Shown here: in pieces, positions 1 through 11,219 of the stretch | How the letters are laid out: every line of letters begins with the position of its first letter | Numbering within the stretch: position 1 is the stretch's first letter | Source: a virus | DNA: 64,000 bases | Reading direction: 5' to 3' (one strand) | Virus record (IMG/VR): IMGVR_UViG_3300043409_001877 | Span: 32,001 to 96,000 of that record | Program-made: the position numbers and the translations under genes | Notes under the pieces: model-generated | The model's database searches: none | What the model was told of the DNA's origin: nothing | The model's input: only the letters and a program-made list of their open reading frames with translations

Positions 1-3000
1 TTTATCATAAACTGTTGTGTTGTAAATAAAAGTATTTTGATTATATTTTTTATAATACACGTTATATAATGTATTAAAAATATATGATGGGTCTGTTGAA
101 TAGTTAATATCTAATGATGGTATTGATGAATATTTAGTACCAGTTTTTAATTGTAACTCCGTTGGCGCTAAATCTGGTAAGTTATAAATTGGTTTAATTG
201 ATAATCCATCATCAAAATAACCTTTACCAATAAATCCAGAATTAAATAACAATCTAAACCTAGGATCACTCAAATTTCCACCATTAGCAATATAATCAAC
301 CTCATCAACTTCTTGGTGTTCGTAATTAATTGTTTCGTATCTACTAAGCGTACATGGTAAATCAATTGGATTTATAATTAATGATATCCTTTCACCTGAA
401 TTAAAAAACCCATTGTACTGATATAAATATTCTCTATTATCCGAAATATCATCACCATTAAATGTAAATGCTTGTGTATCATATACAAAACCTAAATTAT
501 TAACCAATTTAATATCAACTGTTTGTGATACATTTGTAGAGGATTCAAAATATAAATTAAAATTAAAATTTAAAAAACTATTTCTTGTTATTAAATAATA
601 ACCAGGGTTTGTTTTAACTAATGTAAGATCATCACCAGTTGATAAAAAATTATCGTTTAATGATTGTATTGATACATAATTGTTAGTATCTGGTTGAAGG
701 GGTAACGATCTATCTAATGTTTGTATTAAGGTACTATTATCATTCAGCGTATAAAAAGGCCCTAACTTGGTTGAGTCTAAATTATAAAAACCATCAAATT
801 CAACACTAATAGAATCCGAAATAAATAATTCACCATTAACTATGTTATCACCAACTCTAAAAGTATTGGCTGCCGTAGAACCGCTAAATATATGTAATAA
901 ATTTAATGATTTTGTTAAATTTATTGAATGTACTGTTTTGTTGGGGTCTAAAGAAATTCTACTAATATACGCTGGATCAATATGCATTAGTGGGTCGCTT
1001 TTAGTCCTATCTTGATACCTATCATACATACCGCCAGGTGTGTCACCAGCAATTGTTGACGTATTAATTGTGGTACCACTAGTACCAGGTGTCATAGATG
1101 TACCTAATAACTTTAAACCACCACCAGAACTTGAGGGGTAAATAGTTGTGCCAGTAACAGTATCACCAGTAACCAAAAATACTTTACTATTCGCTTGTAA
1201 ATTTTCTTTATTGGTGGCATGTATTTGAGCAATTATTTCATCTTTATAGTAGACTTTTTCATTAACCCAATTAAATCTTTTCTTATACGGAACAACCCAT
1301 TTAAAACTTGAGCCGTAGGTAACGCCACTTGGTTTTAAACCAGTATAATCTTTACTATACCCGTAATATTTTGGTTGTTTTACACTTAATATAGCACCCG
1401 TTTCATCAACATATGTTTTATAAGTTGTACCAAGATATGAACTTAAATTTATTGTTCTACCAGTTATATCATAATAACATACGTGAGGTTTTGGTGGTGG
1501 GCAGTCAAAATCAACATTAATATTAATATGGGCTATTGCCCTACCAATACTGTTCATATAAAATGAACGTTCAGATTCTGTTATATCAGAAGTTGCTGAA
1601 TCACCAAATACGATTGTTCTTGAATCAACATCCATTGGGATATGATCCCATATTAAATTGTTTTCATATCCACTTTCATAAGGGCCTACAACAACAGCTT
1701 TATTTGGTGTTAGTCTTCCATTTATTTGCGAATATATACCAGCTGTATGTATACCATCAGTGGGTGGGTAAGTAAGATTAAATTGTGATATTGTATTTAA
1801 ACGATATAATTTTTCATCGTAAATAACAAACACACCATATCTTTCGCTTAACACATCATTTACATTCCCATTATAAATTGAATCGTCACCGTAATCAACC
1901 CCAGACTCCCAAGTATAAAAAGATCCTTCACTAGTATCACAATATTCAAACATTGTATAATGAACACCTAAATATTCATTAATTGTGGGATCTGTACCAT
2001 ATATTTTAGAACCAACTTTACCTTCAATTTGGAATGTTGGTATTTCACCAACTGTTGTTGGGTTAACTTTACCAGCATTGGATGTTACACTTGTGGTACC
2101 TAATAAAACTGGTTTTAAAGCACCTTGTTGAAATTCCGATCCATCGGTACCAAGCCAAGATACGTTGGTGTTTAAACCGTGCTTATATAAGAATTTATTA
2201 TCTAATAAACTTGAGTTTTGTATTTTTTTACCTGCATTAATAATTGTTGTTGCTGGTACAAACTGTTCAATTAATCTAATCCAAGAAGTGTCAAATTTAT
2301 TTAAAAATTCTAATGTTCTAGTTGAATCAATTGGTGTTGATGTTGTATTAAGGTAATCAAAATATATTTTTGATAATGACGGGTATGTTTTAATAGTTTT
2401 TCTATTCTTTGGATTAATAAAATTATCTAAAGATTTTTTAATAAACTGGTTGAAAGATACGGTAGATGCGTCAAACATTAAAGTGGAATCAATATTTAAA
2501 TCGGTATTAACTCTACCAATATTTCTAAGATATTGTCGATAAACAGTTACATCAAATATTCTGTTTGAAGCTAAATAAACCTCCAATTCTTTTGAATTTA
2601 TTGATAATCTACTATCATCACTTGTATACTCGGTATAACCGTTAGTATCTTCAAATAAATAATCTTTTGTTTCTTCAGTGTAAACCCAACTCTTAACATT
2701 ATCTACAGTTCTTTGTAAGTCAAAAAGATATATATTATTAAATTTTTTATACTCGTTAATATATTTTTTACCAAAATCGAACCCACCAATATTAACTTTA
2801 TCCTCACGTAAATAACCACCATTTTCCTGGTATTTAACATTTGTTGGTATTGTTGGGTAACCATCTGAATTAAAAGGTACTGTTTGGAATAAAATAACGG
2901 GATCATCGCCTGCTATATTACTATAGATTTTATTTAAAGCATTAATAGCATCCAACTTTTTTTCAGCTAAGTAAATGTACTCATTAAATTCAAAAATTTC

Positions 3001-4674
3001 TTCTGGTAAACCAACTAATTTTAATATAAATTCAACGGACTTTCGGGTACCTTTAGATTTAAACAAATAAAATGAGTTAATTAATATTCTTCTCCAAATC
3101 TCAATGTCAATTTCAGCTGGTGTTGTTCCTTTAGCTAAATTATCTGGATTTAATTGGAAGAGTGAATCAATTAATGAATTTTCATCTTCAACTTCAAATG
3201 TTTTAAAACCTAACATCCTAGCATAATTTTTAATTAATAAATCTGGGACATTTTCAATCTTATTATAACTGACATTTCTCATGAAAGTTATACTGTCAAT
3301 ATATTTTTTTACATCATCAAATGTTTTACCGTATAATTGTAAGATTAAATTAAACTTTCTATCAGTTGTATCAAATTCTTTTAACACATCTGTTGTTAAG
3401 AATCTTGCAATTAAATTAGTTTTTACGCTATCGTAGCTATCAGCTAAATCGTTTAATTTAGTTGTATATTTATCAAAATCATTACTAAACATGTCAACAT
3501 TAATGTCATCATATTTTGGGAAATACACCGTTTCTTTAACATTGCTAACAACACCATTATCAGATATTTTAGGAAACATAAACTCACTATAATATTTACC
3601 ACTTTCTTCATCTATATTTAATAAAAACGATGCTAAATCAGTTAGTTCACTATAAAAAGTTGTGTATATTGAATTTTTTGGTTTAATATAGTAGTTAACA
3701 TTAGCCTCACTATCAACATTTAAAATACTAGAAAACGGATCTCCACCGATAATTAATCTAATACCAGTGCCATCATCATTATAATTTTTTGGGAATGTAG
3801 CGCTAATAATAGGATATTCTACGTTGTTATAATATACCACATAATCTTTATAGGTTTTTGTGAAATTTCTATATTTTGTAATATTTTCAGCATCAGTAAG
3901 CGTGCTACCAGATAATGTGTATTCTATATTAAATGGGTTGGATAAACCATATAAATTTACTTTAAATTCTGAACGACTTTCAGTTGGATATGATGTATAT
4001 TCAACAACAGTTGGTGTTAGAATTGATATAGCATTAAGTTTTATAGCCGCAGGAAATGCGTTATAAATTTCTAATAAAGTATTTTTAAATCTTTCTTTTA
4101 ATGAAGAAAATAAAACGTAATTATCTAATTTTCTTCTATCAAATAAAACATTAACTTTAATGTTTTGATCTATTTTATTTTTTAATGTTTCAACATAAGG
4201 TTTACCTTCAAAATATGGTAAGTTCCTATTAACAATATCTTCAACAGTGTAGCTTTTGACAGCATCATTTTGTATTGATTGTGTGCTAAGATTTAATTGT
4301 GCGGTTGCTGTTAATTGTGCTTGTCTATCTCTTGTTTGATTGTACGGTACGCTTTTATTTATAGAAAAATTACCTAGAGTAAAAAACGGATCTCCAGTTA
4401 TTTCATTTTTAGCGTTAGCAAATTGTAATCCAACTAATTTATCCCCAAAAGAATCACTACCAAATGCACCAATTTTACCCTGTACAGTTCTATATCTTAA
4501 AGCGTTTTCATACAATAGATATGATGAACACGGAACATACTTTGTCTCACCGTTGATTGAATATGTACGATAACCATCACAACCTAGGGCTTTGGCGGCA
4601 TCGTAAGCTTCTTGAGCTGTATTATATAAATCACGTATGATTTGGTTATTTGTTGTGAAACTTAAATTAGCCAT
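1..4674 (-). CDS. Large baseplate wedge protein, T4 gp7 / P2 gpI-like (3'-truncated by window edge, at least 1558 codons)
   Basis: Not in the ORF track because it runs off the window. ATG at 4674 overlaps the end of the upstream gene. Hand translation gives MANLSFTTNNQIIRDLYNTAQEAYDAAKALGCDGY..., IWRRILINSFYLFKSKGTRKSVEFILKLVG (~3015-3105; KGT motif of the gpI/gp7 family) and SWIRLIEQFVPATT (~2250-2290). The frame is still open at base 1. Confidence 0.75.
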   Translation of the reverse strand, partial: MANLSFTTNNQIIRDLYNTAQEAYDAAKALGCDGYRTYSINGETKYVPCSSYLLYENALRYRTVQGKIGAFGSDSFGDKLVGLQFANAKNEITGDPFFTLGNFSINKSVPYNQTRDRQAQLTATAQLNLSTQSIQNDAVKSYTVEDIVNRNLPYFEGKPYVETLKNKIDQNIKVNVLFDRRKLDNYVLFSSLKERFKNTLLEIYNAFPAAIKLNAISILTPTVVEYTSYPTESRSEFKVNLYGLSNPFNIEYTLSGSTLTDAENITKYRNFTKTYKDYVVYYNNVEYPIISATFPKNYNDDGTGIRLIIGGDPFSSILNVDSEANVNYYIKPKNSIYTTFYSELTDLASFLLNIDEESGKYYSEFMFPKISDNGVVSNVKETVYFPKYDDINVDMFSNDFDKYTTKLNDLADSYDSVKTNLIARFLTTDVLKEFDTTDRKFNLILQLYGKTFDDVKKYIDSITFMRNVSYNKIENVPDLLIKNYARMLGFKTFEVEDENSLIDSLFQLNPDNLAKGTTPAEIDIEIWRRILINSFYLFKSKGTRKSVEFILKLVGLPEEIFEFNEYIYLAEKKLDAINALNKIYSNIAGDDPVILFQTVPFNSDGYPTIPTNVKYQENGGYLREDKVNIGGFDFGKKYINEYKKFNNIYLFDLQRTVDNVKSWVYTEETKDYLFEDTNGYTEYTSDDSRLSINSKELEVYLASNRIFDVTVYRQYLRNIGRVNTDLNIDSTLMFDASTVSFNQFIKKSLDNFINPKNRKTIKTYPSLSKIYFDYLNTTSTPIDSTRTLEFLNKFDTSWIRLIEQFVPATTIINAGKKIQNSSLLDNKFLYKHGLNTNVSWLGTDGSEFQQGALKPVLLGTTSVTSNAGKVNPTTVGEIPTFQIEGKVGSKIYGTDPTINEYLGVHYTMFEYCDTSEGSFYTWESGVDYGDDSIYNGNVNDVLSERYGVFVIYDEKLYRLNTISQFNLTYPPTDGIHTAGIYSQINGRLTPNKAVVVGPYESGYENNLIWDHIPMDVDSRTIVFGDSATSDITESERSFYMNSIGRAIAHININVDFDCPPPKPHVCYYDITGRTINLSSYLGTTYKTYVDETGAILSVKQPKYYGYSKDYTGLKPSGVTYGSSFKWVVPYKKRFNWVNEKVYYKDEIIAQIHATNKENLQANSKVFLVTGDTVTGTTIYPSSSGGGLKLLGTSMTPGTSGTTINTSTIAGDTPGGMYDRYQDRTKSDPLMHIDPAYISRISLDPNKTVHSINLTKSLNLLHIFSGSTAANTFRVGDNIVNGELFISDSISVEFDGFYNLDSTKLGPFYTLNDNSTLIQTLDRSLPLQPDTNNYVSIQSLNDNFLSTGDDLTLVKTNPGYYLITRNSFLNFNFNLYFESSTNVSQTVDIKLVNNLGFVYDTQAFTFNGDDISDNREYLYQYNGFFNSGERISLIINPIDLPCTLSRYETINYEHQEVDEVDYIANGGNLSDPRFRLLFNSGFIGKGYFDDGLSIKPIYNLPDLAPTELQLKTGTKYSSIPSLDINYSTDPSYIFNTLYNVYYKKYNQNTFIYNTTVYDK

Positions 4675-5572
4675 TTCTTACGATATTTTTTAATGTTTTT
4701 GTTGTATCTATAGCGTTTCTTCTTTTTCTAACTTCAAAAAGTTTCTTGTCAACAGCATCTCTTATTTCATAAAGGTCATATTGTGAGTAGATATTACCAT
4801 CAAAATCATACATGGTGTATATTCCATCATCCATTGATTTTGTTTGATCCCCAAATAAACCGATAGCTAAACTTTCTAAATCATAATTAACCATTTCAAC
4901 CTCAATAATTTGGGGTGAAAAACTTGTATTTGTAATTATAACATTTTGGTCTTTTCTACCAATAAATGGTGCTGCTGTTGGTTTAAAACTAGGTGCCACA
5001 TTTGGTGTTACGGTACAAAATAGCATATTACCAACATTATTGTAAATATACTTTATTGTTTTTTGAGATGAGTTTGCTGTGTTAATTTGTACTGGTTCAG
5101 ATATAAATGAGGATGTGATTACTCTATATAAATTAGGGATTTTAGTACCATCATTATTTAAGTACTCAACACGATAACCATCTAAACCATTATTTGAAAA
5201 TTTGCTAATATAATTAGCTGGGGCGGAATCAACATTAAAAATTAAACCCTTAACATCTGGATATGTTGCTAATTCAGCGCAATCCTCAATTTTAACTCTA
5301 ATTTGTGCTGGTCTGATATATATCGTATAAAACCCCTTTAGATTAAACACTTCTTTAGGTAGTGTCATATTGTATAACCCACCCAATATCTCAACGTCTT
5401 TACCACCAAATTCAGTTGTGGACATAACAGGTTTAATTACCTGACTACCAAGTAGTTTTGTTATTTTTTGTATCTCAGTAGAATTTCTATTCTTACTATA
5501 GATAACAACAACTTCAATATCGTTTGGGTCGACATCAGCTGGTCTTTTTACACCGTATACTCCAATTGCCAT
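4667..5572 (-). CDS. Conserved hypothetical phage protein, probably baseplate/virion structural
   Basis: 301-aa ORF coupled to its neighbours within the baseplate cluster; no recognisable motif. Confidence 0.6.
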   Translation of the reverse strand: MAIGVYGVKRPADVDPNDIEVVVIYSKNRNSTEIQKITKLLGSQVIKPVMSTTEFGGKDVEILGGLYNMTLPKEVFNLKGFYTIYIRPAQIRVKIEDCAELATYPDVKGLIFNVDSAPANYISKFSNNGLDGYRVEYLNNDGTKIPNLYRVITSSFISEPVQINTANSSQKTIKYIYNNVGNMLFCTVTPNVAPSFKPTAAPFIGRKDQNVIITNTSFSPQIIEVEMVNYDLESLAIGLFGDQTKSMDDGIYTMYDFDGNIYSQYDLYEIRDAVDKKLFEVRKRRNAIDTTKTLKNIVRNG

Positions 5573-5575
5573 TTT

Positions 5576-6391
5576 TTATATATTTTTAAAATTATATCCT
5601 TTATTATTTATTTTATAATAACCTAAACCAAGTTTACTTAACTGATTAATATCTTTAACGTTTTTCAATTTCTTGGCTCTTTCAAAGGCACTATTTAAAC
5701 CTCTATCTATAAATACTTCGGAGACAATTTTTGGTTCCTCAATTAACCCATCAAACAAAACTAAATTTGGGGTTGAGGCGGTCACCACATTTGATCTCAT
5801 GTAGCTAAATATAGATAAATTATTACCGAAATCAACATACTTTACAGGATTTTCAGTATCTAAGTATAAAACGTATTCTGGGTATTTGGGGTCATCAACT
5901 AATATCATAGCAGATATACCTAAACCAGGGATTATAAATTTAATATTAATTCTAACATTTGTGTTTAAATCGCTAAGTTGGTTTAGTACTTGTATATTAC
6001 CATTATCATCGCCAACTGTCTGCGTAAAACTTATTTGATTACTAATTGGGTTTGTATTTATAACATCTTTTTTATTAAAATATTTATTAATTAAAGTAAA
6101 TTTACTGTCAGTCTTCCCAGTTACAAAATATTTAGCGCTTGATGGTTTAAAAAAATTTTTAACATCCTCAGCTGTTGATATTATTTTTGTGTTTGTTTTG
6201 TAATTAACAATATCGTTTTCTTGATTATTGGATATTCTCATTGCATTATCAACCAAGTTGTTAATTTGTTCTAACTTGTAATTGATTGGTGTATTATAAC
6301 TAGCATCTATATAAGACCCTGGTAAAACAGTGTTTGATTCGATATTAAATATAATCGAATTATCCTTATTATTTAATTTTATTCCAATCAT
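5576..6391 (-). CDS. Hypothetical phage structural protein
   Basis: 271-aa ORF, 3-nt gap to the next gene, in the baseplate cluster. Confidence 0.55.
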   Translation of the reverse strand: MIGIKLNNKDNSIIFNIESNTVLPGSYIDASYNTPINYKLEQINNLVDNAMRISNNQENDIVNYKTNTKIISTAEDVKNFFKPSSAKYFVTGKTDSKFTLINKYFNKKDVINTNPISNQISFTQTVGDDNGNIQVLNQLSDLNTNVRINIKFIIPGLGISAMILVDDPKYPEYVLYLDTENPVKYVDFGNNLSIFSYMRSNVVTASTPNLVLFDGLIEEPKIVSEVFIDRGLNSAFERAKKLKNVKDINQLSKLGLGYYKINNKGYNFKNI

Positions 6392-6495
6392 AGTTTTTTA
6401 TTAATTAACACCATTCGTTTGGTTGATATTGGTTATTATTTCTATACTCATCTATTATAAATAGGTTGTTTTTATTAAAGTAATTTTTGATACGC

Positions 6496-9477
6496 TTAAC
6501 ATGGTGCATCAACATCAGCTTCAAACACCGCTTTACCATTTTCAAAACGGTATATTTTTTGGTTCTTACTAGAGAATGGTAGATGATTCTTTAATGATGT
6601 TTTATTGCTATCAAACAGCTCAGTGAACGTGGAATCATAGTATATTGTTGTGTTTGGGTCTGTCCAGTTAGGGCTTGTCGCATAAACAATAATTGATATT
6701 AGCTCATAACTATTGGTTGGCACTCTTACCATGTGATCGTTATATTCTTCATAGCAATACGCTAAAAAGGTGTTAAGTGTAATTTGATTTGTGTTAGTTC
6801 CTGATGATCCTGATGTTCCTGATGTTCCACTTGAACCTGATGTTCCTGATAAAATTGGTGAAATAGATTGAGTTCTATTATTTATAGGGGTTATTCCTTT
6901 TTTAGATGCCCTTATCGCAGCATTTAATGGTATGTATATATTTTTTATATCGCCACTATCATTCATCAATGACATTTTAACGATACCTTTAATTCTTATT
7001 TCTTCAGTATAATAAAAACTTTCAAAAACTTTATTGCCAATACTAAAATGTAAATCTATATTTACAATCTCATTTGGTTGTATATAATTATCACCGTTGT
7101 ATATTAATAAAACATCAAATAAATAATCTCTAACATTATTTGATTGGTTAGGTGCATCAATATACTTATTTAGATAATCTAAATCCAACACGTTAAACAT
7201 ATTAACATCAACTTGCGCTATACTTGGAGAATTGTCTTTATACAAATATCGATTACTTAATAATTTTGGATAGTCCGAAGGTGATAAATTACCACCAATT
7301 TTAGTTATGACTATATTTGGTAACCTATCAATGGCATTAATATTAGTTACTACAGGATTATTACCATCCTGGTCATACGAAACATTGTACTCATATACCA
7401 AGCTTTCTAGATGTAATAATAAACCACATTTATTTTTAATATCATTATAAACATCATAATCCGTTGTTTTAAGACTATGGAATGCTTGTTTTATTTTTCC
7501 TAAGTATGGATATATACAGCTATGTGTTATGAAGTTTACAGGTGATGTGTTAACATTAGCAGAATTTAAAGACCCTAACTCTTCTAAACTTAAATTATTA
7601 CCATTTACATCCGTTAAAATAGTTGTTGTGTAATCGTCAAATTTTAAAACTTTAATATCAAGTTCATTATTATAATTTTTTAAAGAATCAAATAATTCGT
7701 CTAAAAAAATTTTTACATAATTTGGAGCTCCGCCAGTTGGTACTCCGCCAACAAGAACTGAACCTTCTAAGGTAGACCTAAAGTTTTTTGTGGTTATATT
7801 TTTTACTAAGTATTTATCTAACTCGTCAATTAATATATCAAAAAAATCGATAGTGTTAAACATTTCTTCACTAAACGAATATGTTGATACATTGCTTGCG
7901 CTATATATTGATAGATCTGGTATAATTAAAGCCTCGGCTACCCTAAACTTATCCCCCTCATCCCAATTGGTTTCAATTTCATTATAATAAGCTGTGTTAT
8001 ATATATTATTATCCGTAATTACGGATATGTTATTAAGTTCTAATTTTCTAATCCTCCAAGTAATATCATCAATATTATTTGCTGTAATTCTTTTTAAAAA
8101 ATCACTATAACCATTTATCACAGTATTATAAATTGGTACTGTGTATTGATTTTTTTCAAAATTAACAAATAAATTAGTTGGTTTAGTAACAACGTAATTT
8201 TTAAAACTATTAATAAGCTCACCGCAACCAAGAACATACGTACCAGTGGCAAATTTATCTAAAGGGTTGGTGTTATTATATGATCTTACCGAATGTTTAT
8301 TACCTTGATAGTTATCTAATATTAAATTTTTAATTCTAAATGATAATGGGTTTAAAGGATCTGGTGTTGGTGTTAAATCAACATCAACTGGTTTAACATT
8401 TTCTATAACATTATTATTAAAATACTCATCATAAGCTAATTCGTATAAATCAAAATCCGTTCTTTCTAAAGAATAAGTGTTAGTATTAATATCATACTCA
8501 AAAATATTATATTTTTTGCTTTCAAAATCTAAAACATATTTTAAATACCTAATTTCATTTTTAAAACCATCTGCTTTTTGAAACCATTTTTTTGATTTCT
8601 CTTGTTTTGATGATGGTACTAATAAAATTTTATTACCGTTTAATGCATCCCAAAACGAGAATTTAACATAAAACTCATTATTAATATAATTATTTAAAAA
8701 GAAAAATGAATACCCTTCATCACCTTCTTTTAATTTAAAACAAGGTCTTTCATGTATTACATTATTTAAAACAATTTTTTCTTTTATATTATATTTTGTG
8801 TTTATAAAAATTGGTATTGATTGTACTCTAGTTTGGCTAATATTTATTGGTGAATTAAAAAACTCCATTAATAAAAATGAGTTGTAAAAAAATGGTTTAT
8901 TTTTATACAAAACGCTATTAGTTACCCAACTATCTTTTTTACTCCAATATGGTAGGGTAAAGCTATTATAAAAAATAGGTAATCCGCTTTTTTTGGGGGT
9001 TACTATATTTGCTAAACCAATAGGGTCACCAACAGGTTGTGGTAGACCTAATATTGCTTTTGATTTTGTTATTTGTAATTCATCTTTAACAGTAACTTCT
9101 CTTAAACCATTCTCTTGCTTATTTTCAAATGCGTTATTAAAAGATATACCAAAATCAACACCCGTTTCGGGTGGTACTAAACCAAACTCTCTTTTAGTTC
9201 TTAATACATGTTCCGAAAAAGCAAATTCAATATAAGGTGTTATTTGTGTAATATCGGCTTCTTGTAAATATTTTAAAAAGAAAATATTAAAGTTTAACTC
9301 TAATGATGTTTCTGGTTTGTATTCATATATCTCAGAATCAACAATCCCATTTACAGTACCAGCAATACCAAGATTTAATAATTTATCATTATAAAAATCT
9401 CTATCACATGTATAATCTTCGGATACAATAAAATTGTTTACTGATATATCGTTATTAATAACTCTAGTTTTTAACAT
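6496..9477 (-). CDS. Large hypothetical virion protein with Gly-X-X (SGTSGSSGT) linker and small Cys-flanked C-terminal domain
   Basis: 993-aa ORF; SGTSGSSGTSGTSGSSGT near the C-terminus; overlaps the upstream gene end. Confidence 0.55.
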   Translation of the reverse strand: MLKTRVINNDISVNNFIVSEDYTCDRDFYNDKLLNLGIAGTVNGIVDSEIYEYKPETSLELNFNIFFLKYLQEADITQITPYIEFAFSEHVLRTKREFGLVPPETGVDFGISFNNAFENKQENGLREVTVKDELQITKSKAILGLPQPVGDPIGLANIVTPKKSGLPIFYNSFTLPYWSKKDSWVTNSVLYKNKPFFYNSFLLMEFFNSPINISQTRVQSIPIFINTKYNIKEKIVLNNVIHERPCFKLKEGDEGYSFFFLNNYINNEFYVKFSFWDALNGNKILLVPSSKQEKSKKWFQKADGFKNEIRYLKYVLDFESKKYNIFEYDINTNTYSLERTDFDLYELAYDEYFNNNVIENVKPVDVDLTPTPDPLNPLSFRIKNLILDNYQGNKHSVRSYNNTNPLDKFATGTYVLGCGELINSFKNYVVTKPTNLFVNFEKNQYTVPIYNTVINGYSDFLKRITANNIDDITWRIRKLELNNISVITDNNIYNTAYYNEIETNWDEGDKFRVAEALIIPDLSIYSASNVSTYSFSEEMFNTIDFFDILIDELDKYLVKNITTKNFRSTLEGSVLVGGVPTGGAPNYVKIFLDELFDSLKNYNNELDIKVLKFDDYTTTILTDVNGNNLSLEELGSLNSANVNTSPVNFITHSCIYPYLGKIKQAFHSLKTTDYDVYNDIKNKCGLLLHLESLVYEYNVSYDQDGNNPVVTNINAIDRLPNIVITKIGGNLSPSDYPKLLSNRYLYKDNSPSIAQVDVNMFNVLDLDYLNKYIDAPNQSNNVRDYLFDVLLIYNGDNYIQPNEIVNIDLHFSIGNKVFESFYYTEEIRIKGIVKMSLMNDSGDIKNIYIPLNAAIRASKKGITPINNRTQSISPILSGTSGSSGTSGTSGSSGTNTNQITLNTFLAYCYEEYNDHMVRVPTNSYELISIIVYATSPNWTDPNTTIYYDSTFTELFDSNKTSLKNHLPFSSKNQKIYRFENGKAVFEADVDAPC
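6797..6850 (-). repeat. 9-nt-period tandem repeat encoding (S-G-T/S)n
   Basis: Plus strand reads gttcctgatgatcctgatgttcctgatgttccacttgaacctgatgttcctgat. Confidence 0.8.
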
Positions 9478-11219
9478 TTTACATCTTTATATTTACTGTA
9501 AGGTTTAACCCCTTTTATATTATTATTGTTATTTTCATCTTCATTATTGTTATCATTTTCATTCAAATCCAAACCATCTAATATATCACCAAATTCGTTT
9601 GTAAATTGACTACCTAATGATGTAATATCGTTAGTACCTAACTTGTATTTTCTAGCGTATCTTTTTTCTGGAACAAGAAAGAAATTAATTTGATTAAATG
9701 CATAAAAAGATCCGTTTGTAAATGGAAAATCTATAAAAGCACCATCTTCATTAGCAGCACCAATATCATATATGTCTCTCCAAATGTATTTCTGTTTGCT
9801 TCTACTAAAAACAGCATAGCTTGGTACATTTATGGTGTTATCACCACTATCTTCAATATACTCTGATTTTAATTTTAAATTTATTTTATAAAACGGTTTG
9901 TAATTAAATAATACGTTGTTATGTATAAACCTATGACTAATTTCAGAGATCTCTGTTTCATATAAATTTTCAGTAGTATGTTCACATAAAGCATAATAAA
10001 AACTATCACCAACACTAACCTTCTTATTAAAACTCTTGCTATTATCTGTTATTTGTTCAAGACCATCACCATCGCTAACAAAATCAATAAAAAAATTAAA
10101 ATGTGATTCTATATTACTAAATAATTTAGCATTTGGTGAACCGTTTTTTATTATACCAATATATAAATTAGTAAGAGGCTCACCTTTATTATTGGTGTAG
10201 TTTTCTGTGTTTAAACTATGGTTTAAGAAAAAGTTTTTAATTTGCTGTTGTAAGTTATTTATTGAAAAAGAACAATCGTCTAACTCATCAATAATGTCAA
10301 TAACTTCTAAATTTTTGACGTAATACTCTAAGGCTTCTTTTTCCACAACTTTTGTTACATAAAAATCTGGATCAACAAATGGTTGTATTTGTGGTCTTGG
10401 TCTGTTAAAATTAGTATTATTAATACTACTAAATGTTAAACCTCTAACGTTTTGTTCCTCATTAATTTTTTCAATTATTGCGTTATTAGCTAAATTAGTT
10501 TGAACTGAATCAAATGATATGGCTACAGCTGAGTTTGTATCAACAGTACCCATATCGGCATTATATAAAGCTATTTTTGGTTTTAAATCAATAAAAATTC
10601 TATCACCTTCAGTAAATACAACTTCATACATACCACTATTAATAGTATTAAGTTTTTTACTATCAATTTTTATTTTATCACCTTTATTAAAATTGTGACC
10701 TAAAGGAAAAAATAGACCGTAGTTTTCTTGAAATTTTGAACTAGTAAAACTTCTTGCTGGAATACCATTTCTAAAATCAATATTAACCGAAAAATCTTTA
10801 GCTGATTCAATTAATAAATTATTTTTTCTAAATTTTTCAATTATCTTAGTACCTTTACTATACAGTTGGGTGTTATTAGCGTCTTTTATTGTAGGTATTG
10901 GTTTTGATTTTAATATAACAATAGACCAGTTAGTTAAATTTAAATCAAATATTCTTTTATCTATATTTATTTTTCTATCACCATCATACGTTGATTCGTA
11001 AACATCTAATGATAATATCGGATTAATTGAACCATACATTCTAAAATTAGAATTTGATTCCTTTTCTATTGTAAATTGTTTTTGTTGTGATATTTCAAAG
11101 AATAGATTATTTTCGTATCTAATTTTATTCGATTCATCCAAAATAACTCTACTGGACAACGATGTGTTCGTTCCCCCAGCAATTTTTTTCTCACCTAATA
11201 TTTCAATTATTTCGCTCAT
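9471..11219 (-). CDS. Hypothetical virion/baseplate-associated protein
   Basis: 582-aa ORF with an ATGA overlap with the upstream gene; structural cluster context. Confidence 0.55.
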   Translation of the reverse strand: MSEIIEILGEKKIAGGTNTSLSSRVILDESNKIRYENNLFFEISQQKQFTIEKESNSNFRMYGSINPILSLDVYESTYDGDRKINIDKRIFDLNLTNWSIVILKSKPIPTIKDANNTQLYSKGTKIIEKFRKNNLLIESAKDFSVNIDFRNGIPARSFTSSKFQENYGLFFPLGHNFNKGDKIKIDSKKLNTINSGMYEVVFTEGDRIFIDLKPKIALYNADMGTVDTNSAVAISFDSVQTNLANNAIIEKINEEQNVRGLTFSSINNTNFNRPRPQIQPFVDPDFYVTKVVEKEALEYYVKNLEVIDIIDELDDCSFSINNLQQQIKNFFLNHSLNTENYTNNKGEPLTNLYIGIIKNGSPNAKLFSNIESHFNFFIDFVSDGDGLEQITDNSKSFNKKVSVGDSFYYALCEHTTENLYETEISEISHRFIHNNVLFNYKPFYKINLKLKSEYIEDSGDNTINVPSYAVFSRSKQKYIWRDIYDIGAANEDGAFIDFPFTNGSFYAFNQINFFLVPEKRYARKYKLGTNDITSLGSQFTNEFGDILDGLDLNENDNNNEDENNNNNIKGVKPYSKYKDVKC

